64,000 nt of DNA from a bacterium. GTDB taxonomy: Bacteria; Joyebacterota; Joyebacteria; Joyebacterales; Joyebacteraceae. This document shows, one piece after another, positions 1 to 8,021 of this stretch. A model generated the notes under the pieces. The model did no database searches. It was not told where the DNA came from and saw nothing but the letters and a program-made list of their open reading frames with translations. A program made the position numbers and the translations under genes. The stretch's first letter is position 1; every line of letters begins with the position of its first letter. Location of the stretch: the NCBI GenBank assembly GCA_029990205.1, contig JAPEKQ010000002.1:163240-227239 (forward strand), written 5' to 3'.

Positions 1-1063
1 GGAGAAGGAGATGGCCGACGTTGAGCTTCTCGAGCTCGCGAGGCGTCTTCGAGACATCACCATCGGGAGCGACACGCTGTTCATCGTGAACGATCGCCCT
101 GATATCGCCGCGGCCGTTGGAGCCGACGGCGTGCACGTCGGTCGCTCCGACACGGACCCCGCGGCGGCTCGCGACACGGTCGGCCCGAAGCAGATCCTCG
201 GGGTATCCGTCAACGCCGTCTCTCGCGCGGTGGAGCTCTCGAACCTCGACGTCGACTACTTCGGCACGGGTCCCATCTTCCCCACATCGACGAAGCCGGA
301 CGCCGACGATCCGGTCGGCCCCGAGCGGATCGCCGAGATCGCGGCGGCCTGTCCCGGTGTGCCGATCGTGGCGATCGGCGGCATCGACGCGTCGAACGTG
401 GCCGCACCGCTCAAGGCCGGAGCAACCTACGCTGCCGTCGTGTCAGCCGTCTGTGCGTCCGATCATCCCGCCGCCGCTCTCGATCGGCTCACGTCGGCCA
501 TCGAACTCGGAGGGCTCGCCTCCTACTCCGGCGGGTCCGGATACGACATCGACGGACAAGACAATCACGGCGCGCTCGCCTTCTGCCCCCGCTGCGCCGC
601 GGAACTCGTGGCGTCAGCCGTCCGCGGCGCCCGACGTCTCACGTGTCCGCAGTGCCACTTCATCATCTACTCCAACCCCGCCCCGGTCACCGCAACGATC
701 GTTGAGCATGACGGGCGTCTCCTGCTGGTCCGGCGGAAGTACGATCCGGGCAAGGGGCTCTGGTGTCTCCCGACGGGCTTCATCGAGACCGGCGAGACAC
801 CCGGGGAGAGCGCGGTGCGCGAGGTGCGGGAGGAGAGCGGGCTCGAGGTCGAGCTCACGGGCATCTACGATTCCTGGTCCACGGACGAGGATCCGAGAAC
901 ACCCGTCGTCTGCTTCGCGTTCACGGCGCGCGTCACCGGCGGCGAACTCCGCGCGGGTGACGACGCGGACGAGGCGGCCTTCGTGAGCCTCGACGAACCA
1001 CCCCGGAACCTGGCGTTCGAGACCCACCGCCGGGTGATCGCGCGGTACTCCCGCCGACGCTGA
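1..1063 (+). CDS. thiE: Thiamine-phosphate synthase (ThiE) fused to a zinc-ribbon + NUDIX hydrolase domain; 5' end probably truncated by the window edge
   Basis: The frame is open from nt 2 (no stop before the ATG at 11). The N-terminal half has ThiE motifs (FIVNDRPDIAAAVGADGVHVG, GTGPIFPTSTK, VAIGGI) but lacks roughly the first 50 residues of a typical ThiE. The C-terminal half has a CPRC...CPQC zinc ribbon and the Nudix box GFIETGETPGESAVREVREESGLEV. Confidence 0.85.
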   Translation, partial: EKEMADVELLELARRLRDITIGSDTLFIVNDRPDIAAAVGADGVHVGRSDTDPAAARDTVGPKQILGVSVNAVSRAVELSNLDVDYFGTGPIFPTSTKPDADDPVGPERIAEIAAACPGVPIVAIGGIDASNVAAPLKAGATYAAVVSAVCASDHPAAALDRLTSAIELGGLASYSGGSGYDIDGQDNHGALAFCPRCAAELVASAVRGARRLTCPQCHFIIYSNPAPVTATIVEHDGRLLLVRRKYDPGKGLWCLPTGFIETGETPGESAVREVREESGLEVELTGIYDSWSTDEDPRTPVVCFAFTARVTGGELRAGDDADEAAFVSLDEPPRNLAFETHRRVIARYSRRR

Positions 1064-1099
1064 TACACTGCGGGACCGATGGACTGCAGGGAGGTTCAC

Positions 1100-1828
1100 A
1101 TGGACCATGCACTTCTCACCGAGATCGCCAATGCCCATCTCGGGCTCGCGGCTCTCCACCACGCCGTGACCGTCGTGCTCTGCGCCATCTGGTGGCAGCG
1201 TCGCGAGGAACTCGGTCGCATCCTTCCGGCATACGTCGCCGTCTGCTTTCTCTCGGTCGCATGGTCGATGCGTGGTCCGCTGTGGATCGTCGGAGGCGCG
1301 CCGGCTGTCGTGTTCGCCGCACTCTGGGTCAGAGAGACGGTCCGCCGCGAATGCGTCATGGTCTTCACGCGCACTCCGAAGCCGCGACTCGCCGTCGCCG
1401 TCGCCGGAGCTATCGTCGCTCTGGCCTTCCCCGGCTACTCGGGTGAACTGCCGGCATTCGTCGCCGCGCCCCTCGGCGTCCTCATCGCGCCGACGCTTCT
1501 GTTCGGGCTGTCGCTCCTCGTCGCCGTCGATGCGAGCTGCGCCCGCGTCATCACGGCCGCTCACGCGGTCGCGGGATTCGTCAGCGGGGCTGTCTGCGTC
1601 GCCACCGGCGGACTCACAGCGCGTGGTCTGGTCGGGGGACTCACCCTGATCGTACTGTCCGTTCTCGCCGCCCTCGTCGCACTGGGACGCGCCCCGATGA
1701 TGGAGGAGGAAGCGCTTCCACAGGAGACAAGCGTCGAGCAGATTCGCTCCCGGCTCTATCAGAAGAAGACACTCCTCCCCGGTCCGCGCGACCCGAGACG
1801 CCGCAGCGGGAGATTCGGCCGACGATAG
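1100..1828 (+). CDS. Hypothetical multi-pass membrane protein
   Basis: Several hydrophobic helices. GGGAGG lies 5 nt upstream of the ATG at 1100; the track start at 1079 is also possible. No family recognised. Confidence 0.7.
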   Translation: MDHALLTEIANAHLGLAALHHAVTVVLCAIWWQRREELGRILPAYVAVCFLSVAWSMRGPLWIVGGAPAVVFAALWVRETVRRECVMVFTRTPKPRLAVAVAGAIVALAFPGYSGELPAFVAAPLGVLIAPTLLFGLSLLVAVDASCARVITAAHAVAGFVSGAVCVATGGLTARGLVGGLTLIVLSVLAALVALGRAPMMEEEALPQETSVEQIRSRLYQKKTLLPGPRDPRRRSGRFGRR

Positions 1829-1830
1829 AT

Positions 1831-1885
1831 GCGGCCGGCGGCAGGTTCCCCGGCGCCAGGCGCGGCCGGCGGCAGGTTCCCCGGC
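1831..1885. repeat. Perfect 24-nt direct repeat (gcggccggcggcaggttccccggc), two copies with a 31-nt period
   Basis: Copies at 1831-1854 and 1862-1885, read directly from the sequence, immediately after the TAG stop at 1826-1828. Confidence 0.9.
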
Positions 1886-1897
1886 ACGAACAGAAGA

Positions 1898-1923
1898 CGC
1901 CCCACGCAGGTCTGCGTGGGGCG
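1898..1923. terminator. Bidirectional intrinsic-terminator-like hairpin between convergent genes
   Basis: cgccccacgcag / ctgcgtggggcg forms a 12-bp GC-rich stem. T-rich tracts follow on both strands (aatgtgtttc on +, tcttctgttcg on -). Confidence 0.6.
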
Positions 1924-1955
1924 AATGTGTTTCATCTGGATTCCGTGAAGCGGGG

Positions 1956-2675
1956 CTACTCGCCGCGGATGATGCACTCTTCGACGAGCGGGTCCATCAT
2001 CGACTTGAACTCGCTCAAACGCTCGGAGTTATACGGGGACTCATTCTTGCCAAAATCCGGGTCGAGCGTCTCCCGCCGCGGCTTGTAGTTCTGGATCACG
2101 TATCTGCGGGCGCCTCGAATCTGCTCCCCGATCCGCTCGAGGTCGGTAGCCTTGTGAAGCGTCGGCACGACCGTCGTCCGGAACTCGTACTCGACCGCGC
2201 CCTCGAGAAGAATCTCGATGCTCGCCCGCACGCGGTCGAACGTCCGGCGGTCGCTGATGCCGGCGCTGCGGGAGTAGCTGTCGAAGTCGAGCGGCGCCTT
2301 GATGTCCATCGCGACGTAGTCGAGCACGTCCTCACCGATGAGACTGTCGAGCATGTCGGGGAACGACCCGTTCGTGTCCAGCTTGACCCTCATGTCCGCT
2401 TCGCGGAACGTGTCGATGAGCTTCGGCAGTTCCTTGTGCATGCACGGCTCACCGCCGGTGATCACGACACCGTCGAGGAAGTCATTGTGCTCTGTGACAT
2501 AGGAAAGCACTTCGTCAAGCGGGATGGTCTCGAACTGGTCAGGGGCAAGCACGAGGTCACCGTTGTGACAATAGGGGCACCGGAAGTTGCAGCTCGGAAG
2601 ATACACTGTCGCCGCGACCATTCCATCCCAATCCAAGAGGGACATCTGGTCGAAGCCCTTGATGGACAACTTCAC
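1956..2675 (-). CDS. Radical SAM activating-enzyme family protein (NrdG/PflA-like, anaerobic RNR activase type)
   Basis: N-terminal CNFRCPYCHN cluster motif, GGEP motif, about 239 aa; resembles the NrdG2-type activases. Its start overlaps the upstream gene stop by 4 nt (2672-2675). Confidence 0.85.
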   Translation of the reverse strand: MKLSIKGFDQMSLLDWDGMVAATVYLPSCNFRCPYCHNGDLVLAPDQFETIPLDEVLSYVTEHNDFLDGVVITGGEPCMHKELPKLIDTFREADMRVKLDTNGSFPDMLDSLIGEDVLDYVAMDIKAPLDFDSYSRSAGISDRRTFDRVRASIEILLEGAVEYEFRTTVVPTLHKATDLERIGEQIRGARRYVIQNYKPRRETLDPDFGKNESPYNSERLSEFKSMMDPLVEECIIRGE

Positions 2676-3610
2676 TTCCCCTCCCCTTTGCGAGCCATGG
2701 CGCTATGGTACAGCATATCGCCGTGACGCACAACCTCTAAGACCCCTTCGTCCGTCATCGCGCCGATAAGTTTCGCGCTCTCGGCGAGACTGATGCCGAC
2801 GGCCGACGCCACATCCTGAACGGTGACCGGTCGGCGAGCGGCCATCTCGTAGATGAGCTCCTCGGCTCCGTCGATGCGCCGCTGCGACCCTCCAGAGGGC
2901 TGAGCAATGACCTCGGCGCTCGGCCCGAGCGCGGCCGCAATCTCCGCAAGCCTCTCAGAGGACACGGCTTCCGTCCCTGCGACCGCCGGAGGACGGACGA
3001 CGGTGTTCACCTGCACGCGGTCGGGGCGTATGCGCCGGACCGCCTCCGCGATCAGCGCCACCTCATCGTCGGAATCGTTTATGCCTGCTACGATTACGGT
3101 CTCCAACCAGATCTCGCCGGAGAACTCCTGCCGCAGCGCGACGAGCCCGTCCACGATGGCCGCCGGATCGAGAGACGCATGAGGCCGGTTCACCCGTTCG
3201 AATGCCTCCGCCGAGACGGCATCGAGTGATGGGACGATGACGTCGGCCTTCGAGAGCGCGGCCCGGACGGCCGGGTCGGTCACGAGCCCGGCGTTCGTGA
3301 GGACCGCGACGCGCGCGTCGGTCATCTCCCGGATACCGTCGATGACGGGTCCGAGGTCCGTCGAGAGTGTCGGCTCCCCGGAGCCGGAGATGGTGACGAA
3401 GTCAAGACGCGGCCCGTCCTTCAGAACGGCCGCGAGTTCATCGAGCACGGCGCGGGGATCGACGAACGAATCGCGCTCGATGCGGCAATCGGTTGTCGGA
3501 CCGCACTCGCAGTAGATGCAATCCATCGTACAGGTCTTCGGCACAACGAGGTCGACCCCGAGCGAAAGCCCCAGCCGTCGTGACGGCACCGGGCCGAATA
3601 CATGCTTCAT
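2672..3610 (-). CDS. Radical SAM protein with C-terminal winged-helix-like tail
   Basis: GPVPSRRLGLSLGVDL...CTMDCIYCE (CxxxCxxC) and the SGSGEPT motif; the last ~60 aa look HTH-like. ATGA overlap with the thiD stop at 3607-3610. Confidence 0.85.
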   Translation of the reverse strand: MKHVFGPVPSRRLGLSLGVDLVVPKTCTMDCIYCECGPTTDCRIERDSFVDPRAVLDELAAVLKDGPRLDFVTISGSGEPTLSTDLGPVIDGIREMTDARVAVLTNAGLVTDPAVRAALSKADVIVPSLDAVSAEAFERVNRPHASLDPAAIVDGLVALRQEFSGEIWLETVIVAGINDSDDEVALIAEAVRRIRPDRVQVNTVVRPPAVAGTEAVSSERLAEIAAALGPSAEVIAQPSGGSQRRIDGAEELIYEMAARRPVTVQDVASAVGISLAESAKLIGAMTDEGVLEVVRHGDMLYHSAMARKGEGK

Positions 3611-4413
3611 CGTTTGTCCTCCCTGGTCTGACAGGCGCCGATGTGATCGAGGAGCGCGCTCGTGCCACGAGCTGTCTCCGCGCCGCGGATGGCTGCGGTA
3701 ACGAATGCCTTCGCGTCACCGACGGCGTCGTCCAGAGACGCGCCGCGCGCCAGACCGGCGGCGATGGCGGCAGACAACGTGCAGCCGGTCCCGTGAAGAC
3801 GACCTCCCTCGACCCGTTCGGAGGAGAACGTCTTCACCTCGGTTCCGTCGAAGAGAATGTCGGTCGCCTCACCGGTGAGATGCCCGCCCTTGACGAGCAC
3901 GGCCCGTGCGCCAAGCAGAACGATGGCTCGAGCCGCAGCCTCCATGGCCTCCGGGCGATCGACGTCGAAGCCCGCGAGCACGGCCGCTTCTTCGATGTTC
4001 GGCGTGACGACGGTCGCCAGCGGCAGCACCGCATCGATGAGAACGCCCGCGGCCTCCTCATCCATCAACCGGGAACCCGACGTAGCGACCATCACGGGAT
4101 CAACAACAACCCGGGGCACCTTGCGGTCGGCAAGTCTGGCCGCGACCGCTCGCATGATGTCGGCGGTCGCGAGCATGCCCGTCTTCGCGGCCGCTATCGG
4201 CAGATCATCCATCACCGCGTCGATCTGCCCCGCCACGATCTCCGGCGGCAGGTTGACGGCCGCCCTCACGCCGCTGGTGTTCTGCACCGTGACCGACGTC
4301 AGAGCGCTGGCACCGTAGACGCCGAGCGCCGTGAACGTCTTGAGGTCGGCCTGGATCCCCGCTCCCCCACATGAGTCGGAACCGGCAATCGTGAGTGCCG
4401 CAGGTCGCTTCAA
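3607..4413 (-). CDS. thiD: Hydroxymethylpyrimidine/phosphomethylpyrimidine kinase ThiD
   Basis: [22 protein letters not shown]..., [17 protein letters not shown] and [12 protein letters not shown] motifs. I trimmed the 724-aa track ORF to the TTG at 4413, which is preceded by GGAGAG with a 5-nt spacer. Confidence 0.9.
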   Translation of the reverse strand: MKRPAALTIAGSDSCGGAGIQADLKTFTALGVYGASALTSVTVQNTSGVRAAVNLPPEIVAGQIDAVMDDLPIAAAKTGMLATADIMRAVAARLADRKVPRVVVDPVMVATSGSRLMDEEAAGVLIDAVLPLATVVTPNIEEAAVLAGFDVDRPEAMEAAARAIVLLGARAVLVKGGHLTGEATDILFDGTEVKTFSSERVEGGRLHGTGCTLSAAIAAGLARGASLDDAVGDAKAFVTAAIRGAETARGTSALLDHIGACQTREDKR

Positions 4414-4587
4414 GAGAACTCTCCATGGTGCCGGGACGACGAAACGGATTGTCGTCACCGCTTTGATATTGCCCGTCCCCGAGCCTGATGGTATCGTCGT
4501 TAGATTGAAACCTCGGACCATCATCATAGTCCGTTGCGGGGGTCGCATCAATGCGAGACTCACGCAAACGGGCAGGAGCTTCAGACG

Positions 4588-6060
4588 TTGCGCATCACAG
4601 AGCATCCCATTCTTACATTCGACAGAGGGCGCGAACTCGCGTTCGAGTTCGACGGACATCCCTTGAAGGGTTACGAGGGCGAGACGATTGCGGCCGCGCT
4701 CCACGCGAACGACGTCCGCGTGCTCCGAGAGAGTCCGGAGCTCCATCGTCCGCGCGGTTTCTTCTGCGCGATCGGTCGTTGCTCCTCCTGTCTGATGACG
4801 GTCAACGGCGTCCCGAACGTCATGACGTGCATCACGCCGCTTCGCGAGGGAATGCGCATCGAGACGCAGCGAGGGAAGGGCGCTCTCGCCGTCAGCGACG
4901 GCAGCGCCCCCCGCATCCGACCGAACGAACAGAGCCGCGAGTCGGACGAGCTCCCGGTCGTGCCGCTCGTCGTCGTCGGCGGAGGCCCCGCCGGGCTCTC
5001 GGCCGCGGCCGCCGCCGCGCGCTTCGGCATCGAGACCGTCATCGTTGACGAGAACGACGTCGCGGGCGGGCAGCTCATCAAACAGACGCACATGTTCTTC
5101 GGCTCGCGCGAGCACTACGCCCGCGTACGAGGCGTCGACATCGGCAGCAAGCTCATCGGCAACCTCGAGGAGCTTCCAGTGCGAATGATGCTCGGGACCA
5201 CCGTGCTCGGTCTCTATCAGGACCGGACGGTGTCGCTTCTCGCGGGAGACCGGCATCTCGCGCTGCGGGCCGAATCGGTCGTGCTCGCCACCGGCGCATC
5301 CGAGAACATGCTGGCATTCGAGAACGGAGACCTGCCCGGCGTCTACGGGGCGGGAGCCGTCCAGACGCTGATGAACGTCCACGGCGTCACGCCGGGCGAG
5401 CGCGTGCTGATGATCGGCGCGGGCAACATCGGGCTCATTGTCGCGTACCAGCTGCTTCAGGCCGGAGTCGAGGTCGCGGCCGTCATCGACGCCGCCCCCG
5501 AGATCGGCGGCTACCACGTTCACGCTGCGAAGATCCGGAGGGCCGGTGTTCCGATCCTGACGTCGCACACGATCCTGAAGGTCTCGGGCAGCGACCGCGT
5601 GAACTCGGCCGAGATCGCCGCGGTCGACACCAGCTGGCAGCCGGTGCCGGGGAGCGAGCAGACGCTCGATGTCGACACCGTGTGCCTGGCCGTCGGACTC
5701 ACGCCGAACTGCGAACTCGCGTTCCAGTCGGGCTGCCGTCAGACATACGTCCCCTACCTCGGAGGCCCGGTCGCCGTGCACGGTCGCGATCTCGAGACAA
5801 CGGTCGACGGCGTGTTCATCGCCGGCGACGCGTCGGGCATCGAAGAAGCGTCAACGGCGATGCTCGAGGGACGTCTGGCCGGACTGGCGGTCGCACAGCG
5901 GCTCGCCGGGGAATCACACGGCGCGGAGATCGCCCGACTGACGACGGAAACACGCGAAGGACTCGATGCCCTTCGCGCGGGCCCATTCGGAGAGAAGCCG
6001 CGTCTCGGCAAGGAACACATGTTCGAGATCCATCGCGACCTCCGGGAGGCGGGCGAATGA
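4588..6060 (+). CDS. Sarcosine oxidase alpha / opine oxidase A / L-proline dehydrogenase alpha-like subunit (N-terminal 2Fe-2S domain + FAD/NAD(P) pyridine-nucleotide-disulfide oxidoreductase)
   Basis: [15 protein letters not shown]...MTC cysteine pattern, and two Rossmann GxGxxG motifs ([21 protein letters not shown]). The start is uncertain: TTG at 4588 after GGAG, or track start 4534. Confidence 0.85.
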   Translation: MRITEHPILTFDRGRELAFEFDGHPLKGYEGETIAAALHANDVRVLRESPELHRPRGFFCAIGRCSSCLMTVNGVPNVMTCITPLREGMRIETQRGKGALAVSDGSAPRIRPNEQSRESDELPVVPLVVVGGGPAGLSAAAAAARFGIETVIVDENDVAGGQLIKQTHMFFGSREHYARVRGVDIGSKLIGNLEELPVRMMLGTTVLGLYQDRTVSLLAGDRHLALRAESVVLATGASENMLAFENGDLPGVYGAGAVQTLMNVHGVTPGERVLMIGAGNIGLIVAYQLLQAGVEVAAVIDAAPEIGGYHVHAAKIRRAGVPILTSHTILKVSGSDRVNSAEIAAVDTSWQPVPGSEQTLDVDTVCLAVGLTPNCELAFQSGCRQTYVPYLGGPVAVHGRDLETTVDGVFIAGDASGIEEASTAMLEGRLAGLAVAQRLAGESHGAEIARLTTETREGLDALRAGPFGEKPRLGKEHMFEIHRDLREAGE

Positions 6061-6548
6061 ACCACCGAACCAACGGCATCCTGAGACGCGAGGAACTCGC
6101 CGGACGGCTCCCGTCGGACGACAGACTGAAGCTGGGACCGATCGCGATCATAGAGTGCGTGGAGAACATCCCGTGCAACCCGTGCGTCGACGCGTGTCCC
6201 CGCGGCGCCATCACGATCGACGGCGACATCAACGGGACGCCGAGCGTCGATGACGAGAAGTGCAACGGGTGCACGGTCTGTCTGAGCGCGTGCCCCGGGC
6301 TGGCCATCTTCGTGGTTGACGCGGCCGACAAGGGTGGCGCCGGACGCGTTTCGCTGCCGTACGAGTACCGTCCCCTCCCCGAGCGCGACGAGCGCGTCGA
6401 CGCGGTCGACCGCGAGGGCCAGGTCGTCTGCGAGGGACGGGTCACGCGGGTACTCGATTCGAAGACGCTCGACCGGACCCCGATCATCACGATCGAGGTC
6501 CCGCACGAACATGTCATGACCGTCAGACACTTCAGGCGGAGGACGTAG
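6057..6548 (+). CDS. 4Fe-4S ferredoxin-domain subunit (gamma-like)
   Basis: CNPCVDACP and CNGCTVCLSACP cluster motifs. The ATG at 6057 overlaps the upstream TGA (ATGA). The track ORF start at 5682 is an upstream over-extension. Confidence 0.8.
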   Translation: MNHRTNGILRREELAGRLPSDDRLKLGPIAIIECVENIPCNPCVDACPRGAITIDGDINGTPSVDDEKCNGCTVCLSACPGLAIFVVDAADKGGAGRVSLPYEYRPLPERDERVDAVDREGQVVCEGRVTRVLDSKTLDRTPIITIEVPHEHVMTVRHFRRRT

Positions 6549-6552
6549 CACC

Positions 6553-6828
6553 GTGAAGGACGACGTCGTCATCTGCAGATGCGAAGATGTGACATACGGG
6601 CAGATCGTGCAGGCCATCGACGAAGGCCTGACGACGCTCGAGGAGATCAAGCGCGTGCTCCGATGCGGCATGGGTCCGTGCCAGGGCAGAACGTGCTCGC
6701 GTCTCATCGCGCGCATCATCGCCGAGAAGACGGGTCGCTCCATGGATGAGATCGGATTCCCTCTCGACCGACCGCCGGTTCGGCCGGTCGAGATCGGCAT
6801 TCTCGCGGGTGAGAGAGATGAAGCGTAG
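6553..6828 (+). CDS. BFD-like (2Fe-2S)-binding small subunit (delta-like)
   Basis: 91 aa with CRCE...CGMGPCQGRTC, the typical BFD-like [2Fe-2S] motif found in HcnA / sarcosine-oxidase-type clusters. Confidence 0.8.
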   Translation: MKDDVVICRCEDVTYGQIVQAIDEGLTTLEEIKRVLRCGMGPCQGRTCSRLIARIIAEKTGRSMDEIGFPLDRPPVRPVEIGILAGERDEA

Positions 6829-7960
6829 CGCAGACTGCGTCATCATAGGCGGCGGGATCATCGGGACCTCGGTCGCGTACTACCTGGCGAAGTCCGGAAT
6901 GACCGACGTCGTCGTTCTCGAGGCGGACTATCTCGCGAGCGGAGGCACCGGCCGGTGCGGGGGCGGCATCCGCCAGCAGTGGAGCACCGAACCGAACGCC
7001 CGACTCGCCATGGAGAGCGTGCGCATCTTCACGACGCTCGAGGAGGAGCTCGGTGAGGACATCGAGTTCCTGCAGGGCGGATACCTCGTGCTCGCCTACA
7101 CCGATGAGGACGTCGAGCAATTCGAGAAGAACGTCGCGCTCCAGCGCGGGCTCGGACTCGATGTCGAGATCCTCACACCCGACGAGATCAGAGCGCGCGT
7201 GGTCGCCCAGCTCAACACCGAGCGCGTCAAGATGGCGACCTACTGCTCGAAGGATGCCAGCGCCAACCCGTTCCTTGCCACCCGCGCCTACGCGGCCGCG
7301 GCGAAGCGGCTGGGCGTCGAGGTCGAGCTTTTCACGCCTGTTCGCAGGATCCTCGCGGAGAACGGACGGATCACGGGCGTCGAGACAGACCGCGGCGTCA
7401 TCAGCACACCCCGGGTCATCAACGCGGCCGGGAGCCACAGCGTGCCGCTCGCGGAGACCGTGGGCGTCGAGCTGCCGATCAAGCCGTATCGCCGTGAGAT
7501 CCTCGTCACCGAGCCGCTCGAGCGCTTCTTCGACCCGATGATCATCTCGTTCAGCTTCGGCGTCTACTTCCGTCAGGTGCAGCACGGGTCGATCATCGGA
7601 GGATTCGCATACCCCGACGAGCAGCCCGGGTTCAACCAGACGTCGAGCGTCGACTTCCTGACGACGATGTCAAAGAAGCTCGCGTACCTGATGCCGGTGC
7701 TCGAGGATGTGAAGGTCGTCCGACAGTGGGCGGGTCTGTATGACGTCACGCCGGACGCTCAGCCGATCATCGGCGAGACCGACGGCGTGGATGGATTCTT
7801 CCAGGCAAGCGGATTCAGCGGACACGGCTTCATGATCGCACCGATGGTGAGCACGCTGCTCTCGCAGATCGTTCTCGGTGAGACCCCCGCCCTCGACGTC
7901 GAGCGCCTCAACCTCCGTCGATTCGAGGGCGACATCGACCTCGACCACTCCGTCGTCTAG
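6818..7960 (+). CDS. FAD-dependent oxidoreductase, sarcosine oxidase beta / L-proline dehydrogenase beta-like (DAO family)
   Basis: N-terminal VIIGGGIIGTSVAYYLAK dinucleotide fold and GFSGHGFM near the C-terminus. The ATG at 6818 is preceded by GAGAGAG and overlaps the upstream gene by 11 nt. Confidence 0.88.
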   Translation: MKRSADCVIIGGGIIGTSVAYYLAKSGMTDVVVLEADYLASGGTGRCGGGIRQQWSTEPNARLAMESVRIFTTLEEELGEDIEFLQGGYLVLAYTDEDVEQFEKNVALQRGLGLDVEILTPDEIRARVVAQLNTERVKMATYCSKDASANPFLATRAYAAAAKRLGVEVELFTPVRRILAENGRITGVETDRGVISTPRVINAAGSHSVPLAETVGVELPIKPYRREILVTEPLERFFDPMIISFSFGVYFRQVQHGSIIGGFAYPDEQPGFNQTSSVDFLTTMSKKLAYLMPVLEDVKVVRQWAGLYDVTPDAQPIIGETDGVDGFFQASGFSGHGFMIAPMVSTLLSQIVLGETPALDVERLNLRRFEGDIDLDHSVV

Positions 7961-8021
7961 GTCGCCGTCACATCGCGAAACACGCCGATTCTCTGACGCA
8001 GTTCGATCCCCAGCGGCAACC

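Noticed and set aside
1831-1885. Direct repeats as a possible CRISPR array.
   Set aside because: There are only two copies with a 7-nt spacer, and no cas genes in the window. This is not a CRISPR array.
4414-4587. Possible TPP (THI-box) riboswitch upstream of thiD.
   Set aside because: The minus-strand leader has fragments reminiscent of the motif (GCGUGAGU...ACCCC, and a GGAC...GUCC hairpin). It lacks the conserved CUGAGA and the ACCUGAUCUGGxUAAUxCCAGCG pyrophosphate-sensor consensus. Running cmsearch with Rfam RF00059 would settle it, and I expect no significant hit.
3607-5781. 724-aa ORF on the minus strand.
   Set aside because: Only the last 268 codons (3607-4413) look like ThiD. The upstream part is Arg/Asp/Gly-rich, lies antisense to the well-supported plus-strand oxidoreductase gene (4588-6060) and has no SD. 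It is a high-GC shadow extension.
5682-7960. Over-extended track starts (5682 for the ferredoxin-like gene, 6746 for the DAO-family gene). Similar extensions occur at 10022-11071, 12231-13703, 25904-27967, 28682-29992, 53778-55031 and 58030-59025.
   Set aside because: The N-terminal extensions overlap the preceding gene and are compositionally aberrant. In each case an internal start with a good SD or a stop-start overlap gives a protein of canonical length.
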